64,000 nucleotides of DNA. It comes from Collinsella sp. Lineage in GTDB: Bacteria > Actinomycetota > Coriobacteriia > Coriobacteriales > Coriobacteriaceae. A program made the position numbers and the translations under genes. This document shows positions 30,638-41,254 of the stretch, piece by piece (the first letter of the stretch is position 1; every line of letters begins with the position of its first letter). Location of the stretch: contig DXLW01000030.1 in the NCBI GenBank assembly GCA_019414505.1, forward strand, positions 42,378-106,377, read 5' to 3'. Under the pieces are notes generated by a model. The model did no database searches and was not told the DNA's origin. It was given only the letters and a program-made list of their open reading frames with translations.

Positions 30638-33352
30638 CTACTCGGTACGGGCAACCTGGTCGATGCGATAACCCTCGATCTGGTCGCCGGGCTTGATGTC
30701 CTGGAAGTTCTCCAGGCCAATGCCGCCCTCGGAACCGCTCTTGAGGCTCTTGGCCTCATCCTTGTAGTGACGCATCGAGGCGATCTTGCCGTTGAAGACC
30801 ACGATGCCGTCACGTACCAGGCGCACGGAATCGGTCGCGGAAATCTCGCCCTCCTCGACGCGGACACCGGCAGCGATGCCGACTTTGGGCACCTTAAAGG
30901 TGTCCAGGACGGTCGCAGTACCCGTGGAGACCTCGACCTCGGTGGGCTTAAGCATGCCGATACGGGCAGCGTCGAGCTCCTCGAGGCACTTGTAGATGAC
31001 GTCGTAGCAACGGATCTCGACGCCCTCGCGCTCGGCGGCGGAGCGGGCCTTGCCATCGGGACGCACGCCAAAGCCGATGATGATGGCATTAGAGGCATCT
31101 GCCAGGACGACGTCGGTCTCGTTGATGGCACCGACCGCGGAGTGGATCGTGTTGATGCGCACCTCGGACTGGTCCATCTTGTCAAGCGAGTCCTGAAGGG
31201 CCTCGATAGAACCCTGAACGTCGGCCTTGATGATCAGGTTGAGCTCCTTGACCTCGGCGTCGGCGATGGTCTCGAAGAGGTTCTCGAGCGTGACGTGCTT
31301 CACGCGGCTCTGCTCCTCGATACGGGCCTTGAGCGAACGCTCGTCGGCCAGGGCGCGAGCCTCGCGCTCATCCTCGAACACGCGGAACTCGTCGCCGGCG
31401 TTGGGCACGGACTGCAGGCCCAGGATCTCGACGGCGTCAGAGGGACCGGCCTCGGTAACGGCGTTGCCCTTGGGGTCGAGCATGGCGCGGACGCGGCCGT
31501 AGGTAAGGCCGGCGACCAGCGTATCGCCCACGTGCAGGGTACCGCGGGTCACGAGCACCGTGGCAACCGAACCGCGGCCCTTGTCGAGCTTAGCCTCGAG
31601 GACGTTACCGGAGGCAAAGGTGTCGGGGTTGGCCTTGAGCTCGAGCACGTCGGCCTGGAGCAGCACGGTCTCGAGCAGGTCGTCGATACCGATCTTCTGC
31701 TTGGCCGAAATGTTGACGAACATGTTCTGTCCGCCCCACTCCTCGGGGATGATGCCGTACTCGGTGAGCTCCTGGCGCACGCGGTCGGGGTTGGCGCCCG
31801 GCTTATCGATCTTGTTGACGGCGACGACGATGGGTACGCCGGCGGCCTTGGCGTGGTTGATCGACTCGATGGTCTGAGGCATGACGCCGTCGTCGGCAGC
31901 CACGATCAGAATGACGATGTCGGTCACCTTGGCGCCGCGGGCACGCATGGCCGTAAAGGTCGCGTGGCCGGGGGTATCGATGAAGGTGATCTTGCGGTCG
32001 TTGATCATGACCTGCGAAGCGCCGATGGCCTGCGTAATGCCGCCTGCCTCGCCGGCAGCGACGCCGGTGTGACGGATGGCGTCGAGCAGCGACGTCTTGC
32101 CGTGGTCGACGTGACCCATGACGGTGACGACCGGGGCGCGCGGCTTAAGGTCGGCGGGATCGTCGTAGAACGAGAAGGTGTTCTCCTCCTCGGGGGTGAT
32201 GATCTTGATCTGACGGCCCAGGTCGTCGGCAACGAGCTCGACGAGGTCGTCGGACATGGACTGCGTCATGGTGAGCGGCGTACCCAGCAGGAACAGGCGC
32301 TTGATGATGTCGTTGGCCGGAACGTCGAGCGCCTCGGCGAGCTCCTGGACCGTAACGCCCTGGGAAACCTTGATGGCATCGAGCTCCTCGGGGTTCACAC
32401 CCTGGGCCAGCGCCTCCTCTATCTTGCGCTCCTCCTGAGCCTTGGCAGCCTCGCGTTCGCGCTTCTCCTTGCGCTTCTTGCGGCGACCGGTGGACTCGCG
32501 AGAGGCCTCCTCGACGGCAGCACGAGCCTCCTCGAGCACCTTCTCGCGGCTGTACTCCTCGGCCTCGCGAGCCATGCGGCTGTAGTGGTCCTCTTCGTTG
32601 TTGTGACCGCCCTTGCGCTTCTTGCCCTTGCCCTGCTTATCGGGGTTGGGGAAGTCCATGCCGGCAGCGACGTTGTTGCTGGCGTTGGTGCGATGGCTGT
32701 GCGGACGGCTCTCAGAGGCGTTGCGCTCGGAGTTGTTGTCGGAAGCGTTGCGATCGTTACGACGGCCACCGCGGCGGTCGTTGTTGCCGCCACGACGGTT
32801 ACCGCGCTCGGCGGCGCGCTCGGCCTTGGCCTTGTCCTCGGCGTCCTTCTTCTCCTTGAGCACGGTCTCCTGTGCGGCGATCTGGTCGAGCAGCGAACGG
32901 AAACGCGAACCGGAGTCGGAAGCGGGAACGGCGCGGCGCTGGGCCTCGCGGGCAGCCTCCTCCTTCTCGCGGGCAAGGCGCTCCTGCTCGGCCTTCTTCT
33001 TGGCCTCGGCCTCGGCGCGGGCAGCCTCCTCGGCAGCCTGGGCTGCGGCAAACTGGCGGCGCTCCTCCTCGCGTGCCTTCTCGGCGGCGATGCGCTCGCG
33101 CTCGGCCTCGGCGGCGCGTGCGGCCTCCTCGGCGGCAGCAGCCTGCTCCTCGGCCTGCTTGGCGGCCTCGACTTCCTGGGCGCGGGCCTCGATCACCGGG
33201 GCGAGCTGCTTGCGGACCATGGCGACGTAGGCGTCCTCCAGAGCGGAGGAAGCGGACTTAGCGGGAATCTTCATATCGGCGAGATGACCCATCAGTTCCT
33301 TGGAGGTCATGCCGAACTCTTTGGCCAGGGTGGACACACGGACTTTTGCCAT
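30638..33352 (-). CDS. infB: Translation initiation factor IF-2
   Basis: 904 aa. N-terminus [14 protein letters not shown], a long charged low-complexity region, and G domain [12 protein letters not shown] / DTPGH / NKID. Confidence 0.97.
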   Translation of the reverse strand: MAKVRVSTLAKEFGMTSKELMGHLADMKIPAKSASSALEDAYVAMVRKQLAPVIEARAQEVEAAKQAEEQAAAAEEAARAAEAERERIAAEKAREEERRQFAAAQAAEEAARAEAEAKKKAEQERLAREKEEAAREAQRRAVPASDSGSRFRSLLDQIAAQETVLKEKKDAEDKAKAERAAERGNRRGGNNDRRGGRRNDRNASDNNSERNASESRPHSHRTNASNNVAAGMDFPNPDKQGKGKKRKGGHNNEEDHYSRMAREAEEYSREKVLEEARAAVEEASRESTGRRKKRKEKREREAAKAQEERKIEEALAQGVNPEELDAIKVSQGVTVQELAEALDVPANDIIKRLFLLGTPLTMTQSMSDDLVELVADDLGRQIKIITPEEENTFSFYDDPADLKPRAPVVTVMGHVDHGKTSLLDAIRHTGVAAGEAGGITQAIGASQVMINDRKITFIDTPGHATFTAMRARGAKVTDIVILIVAADDGVMPQTIESINHAKAAGVPIVVAVNKIDKPGANPDRVRQELTEYGIIPEEWGGQNMFVNISAKQKIGIDDLLETVLLQADVLELKANPDTFASGNVLEAKLDKGRGSVATVLVTRGTLHVGDTLVAGLTYGRVRAMLDPKGNAVTEAGPSDAVEILGLQSVPNAGDEFRVFEDEREARALADERSLKARIEEQSRVKHVTLENLFETIADAEVKELNLIIKADVQGSIEALQDSLDKMDQSEVRINTIHSAVGAINETDVVLADASNAIIIGFGVRPDGKARSAAEREGVEIRCYDVIYKCLEELDAARIGMLKPTEVEVSTGTATVLDTFKVPKVGIAAGVRVEEGEISATDSVRLVRDGIVVFNGKIASMRHYKDEAKSLKSGSEGGIGLENFQDIKPGDQIEGYRIDQVARTE

Positions 33353-33442
33353 ATGACTTCACCTACCCTTTCTGGCACCTTGGTGCCTAGAGACTGAACG
33401 AGCGTGGGAGATGCGCCGAAACCTGTCCGGCGCGACCGCGCG

Positions 33443-34690
33443 CTAGATCAGGTCCTCCGCATCATCGAAGGCGTCGGTGTCGTGGACACCGCAGAAACGG
33501 GAACCGGGACGGGCCTGGTTGCGGCACTGGATGCCGTCCTCGGACACATACTCGCAGCGACGGACGTCGTCGTCTTCCTCGTCACCGATCAGGTCGGCGG
33601 CGGGCTCCTCGTGAACGGGGACGTTCTTGAGGATGTCGGCGGCAAGGGTCTCGGACTTGATGTCAATGTGCCAGCCGGTCAGGCGAGCGGCGAGGCGGGC
33701 GTTCTGGCCCTCCTTGCCGATGGCGAGGGACAGCTGGTCGTCGGGCACGATGACGCCGGCGTAGGCCTTCTCCTCGTCGATGAGGACGCGGGTGACCTTG
33801 GCAGGCGACAGGGCGTTGGCAACGTAGACGGCCGGATCGGCATCCCACAGGATGACGTCGACACGCTCACCACGGATCTCACCAACGACGGCGCGGACAC
33901 GGCTGCCCTTGGGGCCGACGCAGGCGCCCACGGGATCCAGACGATCGTCGAGCGAATGGACGGCGACCTTGGAGCGCTGGCCGGGCTCGCGGGCGATCGA
34001 CTTGATCTGGACGGTGCCCTCATAGATCTCGGGCACCTCCTGCTCAAACAGACGACGCATGAGCTCGGGGTGGGTACGGGAGATGACGATCGGCGGACGG
34101 CTATGCTCGCCGCGGACCGGCTGCAGGTTGGAGTTGGGGTCGCGGACGTCGATGATCACGGCCTTGATGTGCTGGTTGTGCAGGTAGCGCTCGCCCATCG
34201 GACGCTCGTTGCGCTCGTTCTCGTAACGGCGCTGGTCAAAGTGCGGCAGCTCGGCCTCGACGCCGTCACGGATCTTGACGATGGTGAAGTCGGGCGTGGA
34301 CTGCAGCACGGTACCGCTGATGAGGTCACCGATGCGGCCGGAGAACTCCTCGTAGATCTGCTCGCGGGCGGAGTTACGCACAATGGCGTTAATCTCGGCC
34401 TTGGCGTGCTGGGCAGCGATGCGGCTCGTGTTCTTGGGAGTGACGTCGATCTCCTCGAACTCGGTGAAGTTGCCCTCCTCGTCCATGGAATCGTCGATCG
34501 GCTCAAGGCGGTAGACGTAGATCTTGCCGGTGGTGCGGTCGATGGTCACCTTGGCGCCCCACTCAAGATGCAGAATCTCGGCATAGCTCTTGGCGAGCGA
34601 CTGCTCCAGGCGGTCGATCAGGTAGAGCTGGTCGATGTGCTTCTCCTGGCAAAGCTCCATCAGGGCGGACATCATGTCGGATGCTGCCAT
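33443..34690 (-). CDS. nusA: Transcription termination/antitermination factor NusA with a ~65-aa acidic plus Cys/His C-terminal extension
   Basis: NTD, S1 and two KH domains (KH GxxG: [17 protein letters not shown]). The extra C-terminus reads ...[36 protein letters not shown]... Confidence 0.95.
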   Translation of the reverse strand: MAASDMMSALMELCQEKHIDQLYLIDRLEQSLAKSYAEILHLEWGAKVTIDRTTGKIYVYRLEPIDDSMDEEGNFTEFEEIDVTPKNTSRIAAQHAKAEINAIVRNSAREQIYEEFSGRIGDLISGTVLQSTPDFTIVKIRDGVEAELPHFDQRRYENERNERPMGERYLHNQHIKAVIIDVRDPNSNLQPVRGEHSRPPIVISRTHPELMRRLFEQEVPEIYEGTVQIKSIAREPGQRSKVAVHSLDDRLDPVGACVGPKGSRVRAVVGEIRGERVDVILWDADPAVYVANALSPAKVTRVLIDEEKAYAGVIVPDDQLSLAIGKEGQNARLAARLTGWHIDIKSETLAADILKNVPVHEEPAADLIGDEEDDDVRRCEYVSEDGIQCRNQARPGSRFCGVHDTDAFDDAEDLI

Positions 34691-34691
34691 C

Positions 34692-35186
34692 TTACTTTCC
34701 TTCCTTCGCGGGCTTGAAGTCGTAGGTGGGCTTCAATTTGCACTTTTTAACATCAGAGAAATCGAGGGTAACGGACTCGCCGTCCTCGAGCTCGAGGGTC
34801 ACGTCGGCCTCGGTGGCGGCGGCAATCTTGCCGGCGTACTTGCGACGGCCCTCGGTGGCGGTGGAGGTGAGCTCGCAGTTCTCGCCCACAAAGCGGGCAA
34901 AGTCACTCGGGCGGCGCAGCGGGCGCGCCATACCCGGGCTCGACACCTCGAGCGTATAGCTCGAAGAGATGGGGTCGAGCTCCTCAATCACATCGCCGAC
35001 CCACTTGGTGTTGGCCGTGACGTCGTTGAGCGACAGGCTCTGACCCTCGGCACCCTCGATACGCACGCGCACGCAGGGGGCCTTGGTGGCACCCACGAGC
35101 TCGACGTCGACGATGTCGATATCGTGCTGGGGAGCGACGGCCTCGAGCGCGTCGATGATCGCCTGCTCGGTCTTGGTCTTGACCAT
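34692..35186 (-). CDS. rimP: Ribosome maturation factor RimP
   Basis: ATG 35186 follows a GGAGGTG box. MVKTKTEQAIIDALEAVAPQHDIDIVDVELVG... is RimP-like, and the gene lies directly upstream of nusA. The track ORF (to 35441) is an upstream extension. Confidence 0.88.
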   Translation of the reverse strand: MVKTKTEQAIIDALEAVAPQHDIDIVDVELVGATKAPCVRVRIEGAEGQSLSLNDVTANTKWVGDVIEELDPISSSYTLEVSSPGMARPLRRPSDFARFVGENCELTSTATEGRRKYAGKIAAATEADVTLELEDGESVTLDFSDVKKCKLKPTYDFKPAKEGK

Positions 35187-35206
35187 TGCGGCACCTCCAT
35201 CCATAC

Positions 35207-35237
35207 AAAAAAGAAGCGGGGCCGAAACCCCACTTCT
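35207..35237 (-). terminator. Intrinsic terminator in the rimP-nusA-infB leader, 20 nt upstream of the rimP start
   Basis: Minus strand reads agaagtgggg-tttcgg-ccccgcttct followed by tttttt. Confidence 0.7.
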
Positions 35238-35555
35238 TTCAATTACAACTTCATTTGCAAGCAAACTATACCAATAGCTGCGGAAACGTGCAAGCACAGT
35301 ACGAATCTGCAGGTCAGCGTGCGCACAGCTTCTCCACAAGAATAGGACAATTGGACTAAAGACTCCATGAGGCAAGCGTCCGAGGGTCCAAGAACGGGCC
35401 ATGCGTCCCAATCCACAGGCCCGTTCGGACCCCAAGGGCATTCCTCCCCGAGCCCCTATCGATCAGACTTACGTTAAGGGGCATTCTGCAACAAGCCAGC
35501 CAGCAAGTCGCGCAACGACGAACCTTTCGAGATCCTTTACGGTAAGGAGGCACCC

Positions 35556-36128
35556 ATGAAACGCCTAGGCACCCTCTGCATGACTGCGCTCGCCATCGCA
35601 ACGTGCTCGTTGACCCTCGTGGGCTGTGGCAAAACGAACAGCAAAACCGGAACATGCGAACCGGATCTTGGCAGCACCAAAGCCATCGAGAAAACCGAAC
35701 CCCCGGCGAGCTTCGACAAAATAAACGAAGACATCGTCGATCCCCAGGGCCTGGGTCCCGATTCCCAAGAACAGCTCCCCATCGACCTTGAGGCGGACGA
35801 GAACGTCCATGTTACCTGCGTGGGCAAGGACACCGACGGCTACGGGGACGCCGCGCTCGTCTTTACGGTGTCCAACAACACCGGTGTCGACATGATGTTT
35901 GGCGATGTGGACTCCTATGCCTACGTCAACGGCGTGGTCCGCGACGTACACATGCGCCAACCGGTCGCCGCTGGAGAGGAAACGCGCGCCATGCTCACCT
36001 TTGTGGGCACCTTCGACGATCCGGACTTTGATGTGAACAACGACCTCAACGACATCTACCTCAACATTTGGATGTTCGAAGAGGCAACGGGCAACGTTTA
36101 CTTTAGGGACCTGGTACACATCCCATAG
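35556..36128 (+). CDS. Hypothetical lipoprotein
   Basis: Signal peptide with lipobox (MKRLGTLCMTALAIATCSLTLVGC), an AAGGAGG box upstream and a beta-rich C-terminal domain. No function recognised. Confidence 0.75.
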   Translation: MKRLGTLCMTALAIATCSLTLVGCGKTNSKTGTCEPDLGSTKAIEKTEPPASFDKINEDIVDPQGLGPDSQEQLPIDLEADENVHVTCVGKDTDGYGDAALVFTVSNNTGVDMMFGDVDSYAYVNGVVRDVHMRQPVAAGEETRAMLTFVGTFDDPDFDVNNDLNDIYLNIWMFEEATGNVYFRDLVHIP

Positions 36129-36171
36129 AAAACGTTGCGACGCAATGACTAAGCAGGGCTAAAAACACAAG

Positions 36172-36203
36172 ACGAGGGACGACCCAACTGGATCGCCCCT
36201 CGT
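36172..36203. terminator. Stem-loop between the convergent lipoprotein gene and leuS
   Basis: acgaggg...ccctcgt outer stem with an inner cga/tcg and cc/gg extension. No clear T-tract. Confidence 0.45.
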
Positions 36204-36232
36204 TCATTGCATGTCAGCTATGCGCGCAGTGC

Positions 36233-38809
36233 TTACTTGACCACCAGGTTGACCAGCTTGCCGGGCACGCAGATGGCCTTGACGACCGTCTTGCCCTCGA
36301 GCCACTTGGCGACGGCGGCCTCGGCGGCAGCCTGCATTTCCTCGTTGGAGGCATCGCGGGCCACGTCGACGCGGCCGCGGACCTTGCCGAGCACCTGGAC
36401 CACGATCTGCACCGTGTCCTCAACGGACTCGGCCAGGTCGAACTCGGGCCAGGCGGCGGTGTAGGCGTTGCCCTCGCAGCCGAGCGCCTCGTGCCACAGC
36501 TCGTCGGCCCAGAACGGGCAGATGGGGGCAAGGACGCTCACGATATCCTTGGCCACGCCGTAGCACAGCGCCTTGTCGCGGGCGGTACCCTCGGTGGCGT
36601 TGAGGTAGGCGCTCGCCGCGTTGACGAGCTCCATGACGGCCGAGATGGCGGTGTTGAACTGGCCGCGATCGAAGTCCTCGGTGCACTTGGCGATGGTGCG
36701 GTGACGCTCGCGATAGAGCTTCATCGCGACCTCGTCGAGCGCGGACTTGTCGAAGGCCACGTTGGCGTCGCCGGACTGGACGAGCTGCCAAACGATACGC
36801 CAGGCGCGCTTGATGAAGCGGTTGGCGCCCTCGACGGCCTTGGGATCCCAGTCGAAGTCCTTCTCGGGCGGGGCGATAAACAGGATCGCCAAACGCATAG
36901 TGTCGGCACCGTAGGGCTCGATAACCGAGCTCGGGGGCACGACGTTGCCCTTGGACTTGGACATGGTGTCGCCGTTCTCGTCCTTGACCATGCCCTGGCA
37001 CAGCAGGTTGGTGAAGGGCTCGTCCACACTCAGCAGACCCAGGTCGCGCAGTGCCTTGGTAAAGAAACGGCTGTAGAGCAGGTGCAGAATGGCGTGCTCG
37101 ATGCCGCCGATGTAGTTATCGACGGGCATCCAACGGTCGGCGGCTCCCTTGGAGAAGGGCAGCTCGGTGTTGTGCGGGTCGGTATAGCGCAGGTAGTACC
37201 AGCTGGAGCAGGTAAAGGTGTCCATGGTATCGGTCTCGCGCTTGGCCGGGCGACCGCAGACCGGGCAGGTGGTCTCGTAGAACTCCTTGCACTCGGCGAG
37301 GGTTTCGCCGGCGCCCAGGTCCAGGTTCTCGGGCAGCGTCACCGGCAGCTGATCCTCGGGCACGGGCACGATGCCGCAGTGCTCGCAGTGGATGGCCGGG
37401 ATGGGGTTGCCCCAATAGCGCTGGCGGCTGATGAGCCAGTCGCGCAGACGGAACTCGACCTTGCGACGACCGCAGCCCATGGCCTCGAGGTCGGCCACGA
37501 TCGCAGCCTCGCCCTCGGAGTGCTTGCCGCCGCGCATGCCGGTGTACTTGCCGGACTGGACGAGCGTGCCCTCGGCAGCGTGGGCGCAATCCCAGTCGAC
37601 GGTCTCGGCATGGAAGGTATCGATGGTCTCGCCGCTGGCCTCGACGGCAGCGCGATCGTCATCGTCCAGGATGATCGGCACGATCGGCAGGTCGTACTTA
37701 CGGGCAAACTCAAAGTCGCGCTGGTCGCCACAGGGAACGGCCATGACGGCACCGGTACCGTAGTCGGCAACGACATAATCGGCAACCCACACGGGGACCT
37801 TCTCGCCGTTGACGGGGTTTACCACATAGCGGCCCGTGAAGGCACCGTGCTTCTCGAGGGTGCCCTGGGCACGCTCGACGGCAGAGATATGCTTGGAGTC
37901 CTCGACGATCTTGGTGACGGCCTCCTCGTACTCCGTGCCCTCGACGAGCTCGTGCAGGCCGGCGTACTCGGGAGCCAGGACAAAGAAGGAGACGCCAAAA
38001 AGGGTATCGGCACGCGTGGTGAAGACGGTGATCTTGCCCTCATCGCCCTCGATGGGCTCGCCATCCTGGTCGCACAGGGTAAAGTCGACCTCGGCGCCCT
38101 CGGAGCGACCGATCCAGTTGGCCTGCATCTGCTTGACGCGCTCGGGCCAGCCGGGGAGCTTCTCCAGATCGTCGAGCAGCTCCTGAGAGTACTCGGTGAT
38201 CTTGAAGTACCACTGCTCCAGGTCGCGCTTCTCGGGCTCGGTGCCGCAGCGCCAGCACTTGCCCTCGGTAACCTGCTCGTTGGCCAGAACGGTCTTGCAG
38301 GTGGGGCACCAGTTGACCGGGTTCTTCTTGCGGTAGACCAGGCCCTTTTCCCACATCTTCTCAAAGATCCACTGACCCCAACGGTAGTAGTCAGGACTGC
38401 AGGTCTTAACCATGCGATCCAGATCGTAGGAGAAGCCCATGCGCTTCATCGTGGCGAGCGCCTGGTCCATGTTCTTATACGTCCAGGCGGCAGCCTGCGT
38501 GTTGTGCTTGATGGCGGCGTTCTCGGCAGGCAGGCCAAAGGCGTCAAAGCCGATGGGGTGCAGCACGTCGTAGCCGCGCATGCGGGCCTGACGGGCCATG
38601 GCATCGCCGATAGTGTAGTTGCGCGCGTGGCCCATGTGCAGGTCGCCCGACGGATACGGGAACATCTCGAGCACATACTTCTTGGGCTTACTGTCGTCGG
38701 TGTCGACGGCAAAGAGGTTGGAGTCCTCCCAGGCCTTCATCCACCTGGACTCAATGGCCTGCGCGTCGTAGGCAGGAATCTCGTCCTTATGATCTGTGCA
38801 ATCGCACAT
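36233..38809 (-). CDS. leuS: Leucine--tRNA ligase
   Basis: ATG 38809 follows an AAGGAG box. HIGH motif [13 protein letters not shown] motif TMSKSKGN, and a CP1 editing domain. The track ORF to 38935 is an upstream extension through the leader hairpin. Confidence 0.96.
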   Translation of the reverse strand: MCDCTDHKDEIPAYDAQAIESRWMKAWEDSNLFAVDTDDSKPKKYVLEMFPYPSGDLHMGHARNYTIGDAMARQARMRGYDVLHPIGFDAFGLPAENAAIKHNTQAAAWTYKNMDQALATMKRMGFSYDLDRMVKTCSPDYYRWGQWIFEKMWEKGLVYRKKNPVNWCPTCKTVLANEQVTEGKCWRCGTEPEKRDLEQWYFKITEYSQELLDDLEKLPGWPERVKQMQANWIGRSEGAEVDFTLCDQDGEPIEGDEGKITVFTTRADTLFGVSFFVLAPEYAGLHELVEGTEYEEAVTKIVEDSKHISAVERAQGTLEKHGAFTGRYVVNPVNGEKVPVWVADYVVADYGTGAVMAVPCGDQRDFEFARKYDLPIVPIILDDDDRAAVEASGETIDTFHAETVDWDCAHAAEGTLVQSGKYTGMRGGKHSEGEAAIVADLEAMGCGRRKVEFRLRDWLISRQRYWGNPIPAIHCEHCGIVPVPEDQLPVTLPENLDLGAGETLAECKEFYETTCPVCGRPAKRETDTMDTFTCSSWYYLRYTDPHNTELPFSKGAADRWMPVDNYIGGIEHAILHLLYSRFFTKALRDLGLLSVDEPFTNLLCQGMVKDENGDTMSKSKGNVVPPSSVIEPYGADTMRLAILFIAPPEKDFDWDPKAVEGANRFIKRAWRIVWQLVQSGDANVAFDKSALDEVAMKLYRERHRTIAKCTEDFDRGQFNTAISAVMELVNAASAYLNATEGTARDKALCYGVAKDIVSVLAPICPFWADELWHEALGCEGNAYTAAWPEFDLAESVEDTVQIVVQVLGKVRGRVDVARDASNEEMQAAAEAAVAKWLEGKTVVKAICVPGKLVNLVVK

Positions 38810-38835
38810 ATCAGCTCCTTTGTTATCTCGGTTGG

Positions 38836-38953
38836 GGCGGGGCGTTCTTACCTTTACTCGCTGCTGCGGACAGTCCTGCTCGCACGAAGAGCACATTAAG
38901 TGCTCTTCGGCTCGTGCGGAACTTGCAGCGAGCAAAGGTAAGAACGCCCCGCC
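38836..38953 (-). other. 118-nt near-perfect extended hairpin in the leuS 5' leader
   Basis: The outer 20-bp perfect stem is ggcggggcgttcttaccttt / aaaggtaagaacgccccgcc. An 8-bp ctcgctgc/gcagcgag segment follows. The apical helix is gaagagcac-ttaat-gtgctcttc. Confidence 0.7.
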
Positions 38954-38980
38954 ACATCGTTAACTCGCATGATGATAGCA

Positions 38981-39024
38981 AATACGACAAGCGAGATGCC
39001 TGCGACTTGCAGGCATCTCGCTTT
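38981..39024 (-). terminator. guaB terminator hairpin
   Basis: 15-bp stem aagcgagatgcctgc / gcaggcatctcgctt with a 5-nt loop, about 48 nt after the guaB stop. T-rich runs flank both sides. Confidence 0.7.
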
Positions 39025-39071
39025 ATCTAAATAACGTGGTTGAAACTCAACCTTTATGTGAGGCTCTTACC

Positions 39072-40583
39072 TTATCGATAAGATACGGACTGCTGAGAAT
39101 CCTTCACGACTACGTCGTGGGCGCCGCCTTCGACGATGGAGGTGGAGCTTACCAGGGTCAGGCGTGCCTTTTCCTGGAGCTCGGGGATCGAGAGGGCACC
39201 GCAGTTGCACATCGTGGACTTGACCTTGTAGAGCGTGCCGCCCACGCCGTCCTTGAGGGAACCGGCGTAGGGAACGTAGGAGTCGACGCCCTCGACGAAG
39301 CTGAGCTTTGCGGCGCCGCCCAGGTCGTAACGCTGCCAGTTGCGGGCACGTGCAGAACCCTCGCCCCAGTACTCCTTCATGTACTGACCGTTAACGTTGA
39401 CGCGCTCGGTCGGGCTCTCGTCGAAGCGGGCGAAGTAGCGACCCAGCATCATAAAGTCGGCACCCATGGCAAGAGCGAGCGTCATGTGGTAGTCGTAGAC
39501 GATGCCGCCGTCAGAGCACACGGGCACGTAGACGCCGGTCTCCTCGTAATACTCGTCGCGAGCGCGGCAGACGTCGATCAGCGCGGTGGCCTGGCCACGA
39601 CCGATACCCTTGGTCTCACGGGTGATGCAGATGGAACCGCCGCCGATACCGACCTTGATGAAGTCGGCACCGCAGTCGGCAAGGAAGCGGAAGCCCTCGG
39701 CGTCGACGACGTTACCGGCACCGACCTTGACGTCCTCGCCATAGTTGGCGCGAATCCACTCGATGGTGCGCTTCTGCCACTCGCTGAAGCCCTCGGAAGA
39801 GTCGATGCACAGGACATCGGCGCCGGCCTCGATGAGCAGCGGCACGCGCTCGGCATAGTCGCGGGTGTTGATACCAGCACCGACCATGTAGCGCTTGTCG
39901 TTATCGAGTAGCTCGTTGGGGTTGGTCTTGTGGCTGTCGTAGTCCTTGCGGAAGACGATGCCCATGAGGTGATCGTTGTCGTCGACGATCGGCAGGGCGT
40001 TAAGCTTGTTGTCCCAGATGACGTCGTTGGCAACCTTGAGGCTGATGTTCTTGTCGCCCACGATGAGCTGCTCACGCGGGGTCATGAACTCGGAGACCTT
40101 CGTCTGGTGGTCATCGCGGCTGGGGCGATAGTCACGGCTGGTGACGATGCCCAGGAGCTTACCCTTGGGAGTGCCGTCGTCGGTGACCGGCATGGTGGAG
40201 TGACCGGTCTTCTCCTTGAGCTCGATGACCTGCTCCATAGTCATGTCGGGGGTCAGGGTGGAATCGGACTGAACGAAGCCGGCCTTGTGATCCTTGACGG
40301 CCTTGACCATAGCGGCCTCGGACTCGGCGCTCTGGGAACCGTAAATGAAGGACAGGCCACCCTCGGTAGCGAGCGCGACACCCATGTCGACGCCCGAGAC
40401 GGACTGCATGATGGCGGAAACCATGGGGATGTTCAGGGTGATTGCCGGCTTCTCACCGCGCTTAAAGCGGGTTAGCGGCGTCTTAAGAGAGACGTTGTTG
40501 GGGATGCACTGCGAGGACGAGTAACCAGGGACCAGCAGATACTCCGAAAACGTGTGGGACTCACCGGGAAAGAACGTAGCCAT
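39072..40583 (-). CDS. guaB: IMP dehydrogenase
   Basis: 503 aa. Catalytic loop [15 protein letters not shown] pair insert, and a C-terminal flap/finger region. Confidence 0.96.
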   Translation of the reverse strand: MATFFPGESHTFSEYLLVPGYSSSQCIPNNVSLKTPLTRFKRGEKPAITLNIPMVSAIMQSVSGVDMGVALATEGGLSFIYGSQSAESEAAMVKAVKDHKAGFVQSDSTLTPDMTMEQVIELKEKTGHSTMPVTDDGTPKGKLLGIVTSRDYRPSRDDHQTKVSEFMTPREQLIVGDKNISLKVANDVIWDNKLNALPIVDDNDHLMGIVFRKDYDSHKTNPNELLDNDKRYMVGAGINTRDYAERVPLLIEAGADVLCIDSSEGFSEWQKRTIEWIRANYGEDVKVGAGNVVDAEGFRFLADCGADFIKVGIGGGSICITRETKGIGRGQATALIDVCRARDEYYEETGVYVPVCSDGGIVYDYHMTLALAMGADFMMLGRYFARFDESPTERVNVNGQYMKEYWGEGSARARNWQRYDLGGAAKLSFVEGVDSYVPYAGSLKDGVGGTLYKVKSTMCNCGALSIPELQEKARLTLVSSTSIVEGGAHDVVVKDSQQSVSYR

Positions 40584-40776
40584 GTTTCTCCTTTTTCCAT
40601 GCGACCGGTCGGCTGCAGGCCTCGTAGGACCCAGCCCAACCTTGGGCGCCCAATACTGGGGAAGTATCTTAACGCACTTTGACTGCTACAATGCATGTTT
40701 TAAGAAGAGCACACGAGGGTTTGACGCAGGCTTTGCGTTTGCCCAGCAAACACTTTAGCGGGGAGACGTGGAGCAC

Positions 40777-41121
40777 ATGGAGTACAAGACGACGGCAAAG
40801 TTGGTCATTCAAGCGTGCGACAAGGATCTGCCGGGCGTGTTCGGCCACGGCTGCGTTTTGCTGCTGCAGGGTATTGCCCGCGAACACTCGCTCAACCGCG
40901 CCGCCAAGAGCATGGGCATGGCGTACTCCAAGGCCTGGCGCATTGTGAACGAGGCCGAAGGACAGCTGGGCTGCAAGCTCATAGAGCGCGACGGCGCCCG
41001 CGGATCCACCCTCACCCCCGCCGGCGAGCGAGCCATAGCGGCCTACGAGGAGCTGCAGGCCGACATCAACAACGTCATCGCCACCAAAGCCAACGCCCTC
41101 ATCGCAAGTATCAAAGAGTAG
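40777..41121 (+). CDS. ModE-N-terminal-like / LysR-type winged-HTH protein (stand-alone DNA-binding domain)
   Basis: GIAREHSLNRAAKSMGMAYSKAWRIVNEAEGQLGCKLIERDGARGSTLTPAG matches the ModE/LysR HTH_1 signature. The start is ATG 40777 or GTG 40768. Confidence 0.75.
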   Translation: MEYKTTAKLVIQACDKDLPGVFGHGCVLLLQGIAREHSLNRAAKSMGMAYSKAWRIVNEAEGQLGCKLIERDGARGSTLTPAGERAIAAYEELQADINNVIATKANALIASIKE

Positions 41122-41162
41122 CCCATTTGGGACGGGGCCTTATAGCCACACAACCCCTTCTC

Positions 41163-41235
41163 ATAAGTTGCGGTGAAATAGGGACTGTTTATGCGGTTAA
41201 AGCCGTAAATCAATCCCTATTTCACCGCAACTTAT
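41163..41235. repeat. 22-bp perfect inverted repeat with a 29-nt spacer
   Basis: ataagttgcggtgaaataggga ... tccctatttcaccgcaacttat. It sits in the convergent intergenic region and is relatively AT-rich. Confidence 0.8.
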
Positions 41236-41254
41236 GGAGTCGAGGATGATTTAG

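Noticed and set aside
30767-33397. 876-aa plus-strand ORF
   Set aside because: Antisense shadow of infB. It is repetitive G/L/V/D-rich with no motifs.
34692-35441. 249-aa version of rimP
   Set aside because: The upstream 85 codons cross the leader terminator. ATG 35186 with a GGAGGTG box gives a normal-length RimP.
36491-38899. 802-aa plus-strand ORF
   Set aside because: Antisense shadow of leuS, which carries the HIGH and KMSKS motifs on the minus strand.
38810-38935. N-terminal extension of leuS (track start at 38935)
   Set aside because: The extension is translated from the long leader hairpin. ATG 38809 has an AAGGAG box and gives the normal LeuRS N-terminus.
38810-39071. T-box riboswitch upstream of leuS
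   Set aside because: I could not find the conserved T-box sequence, a specifier loop with a Leu codon, or a terminator/antiterminator pair with a T-tract. The structure is a simple long rod.
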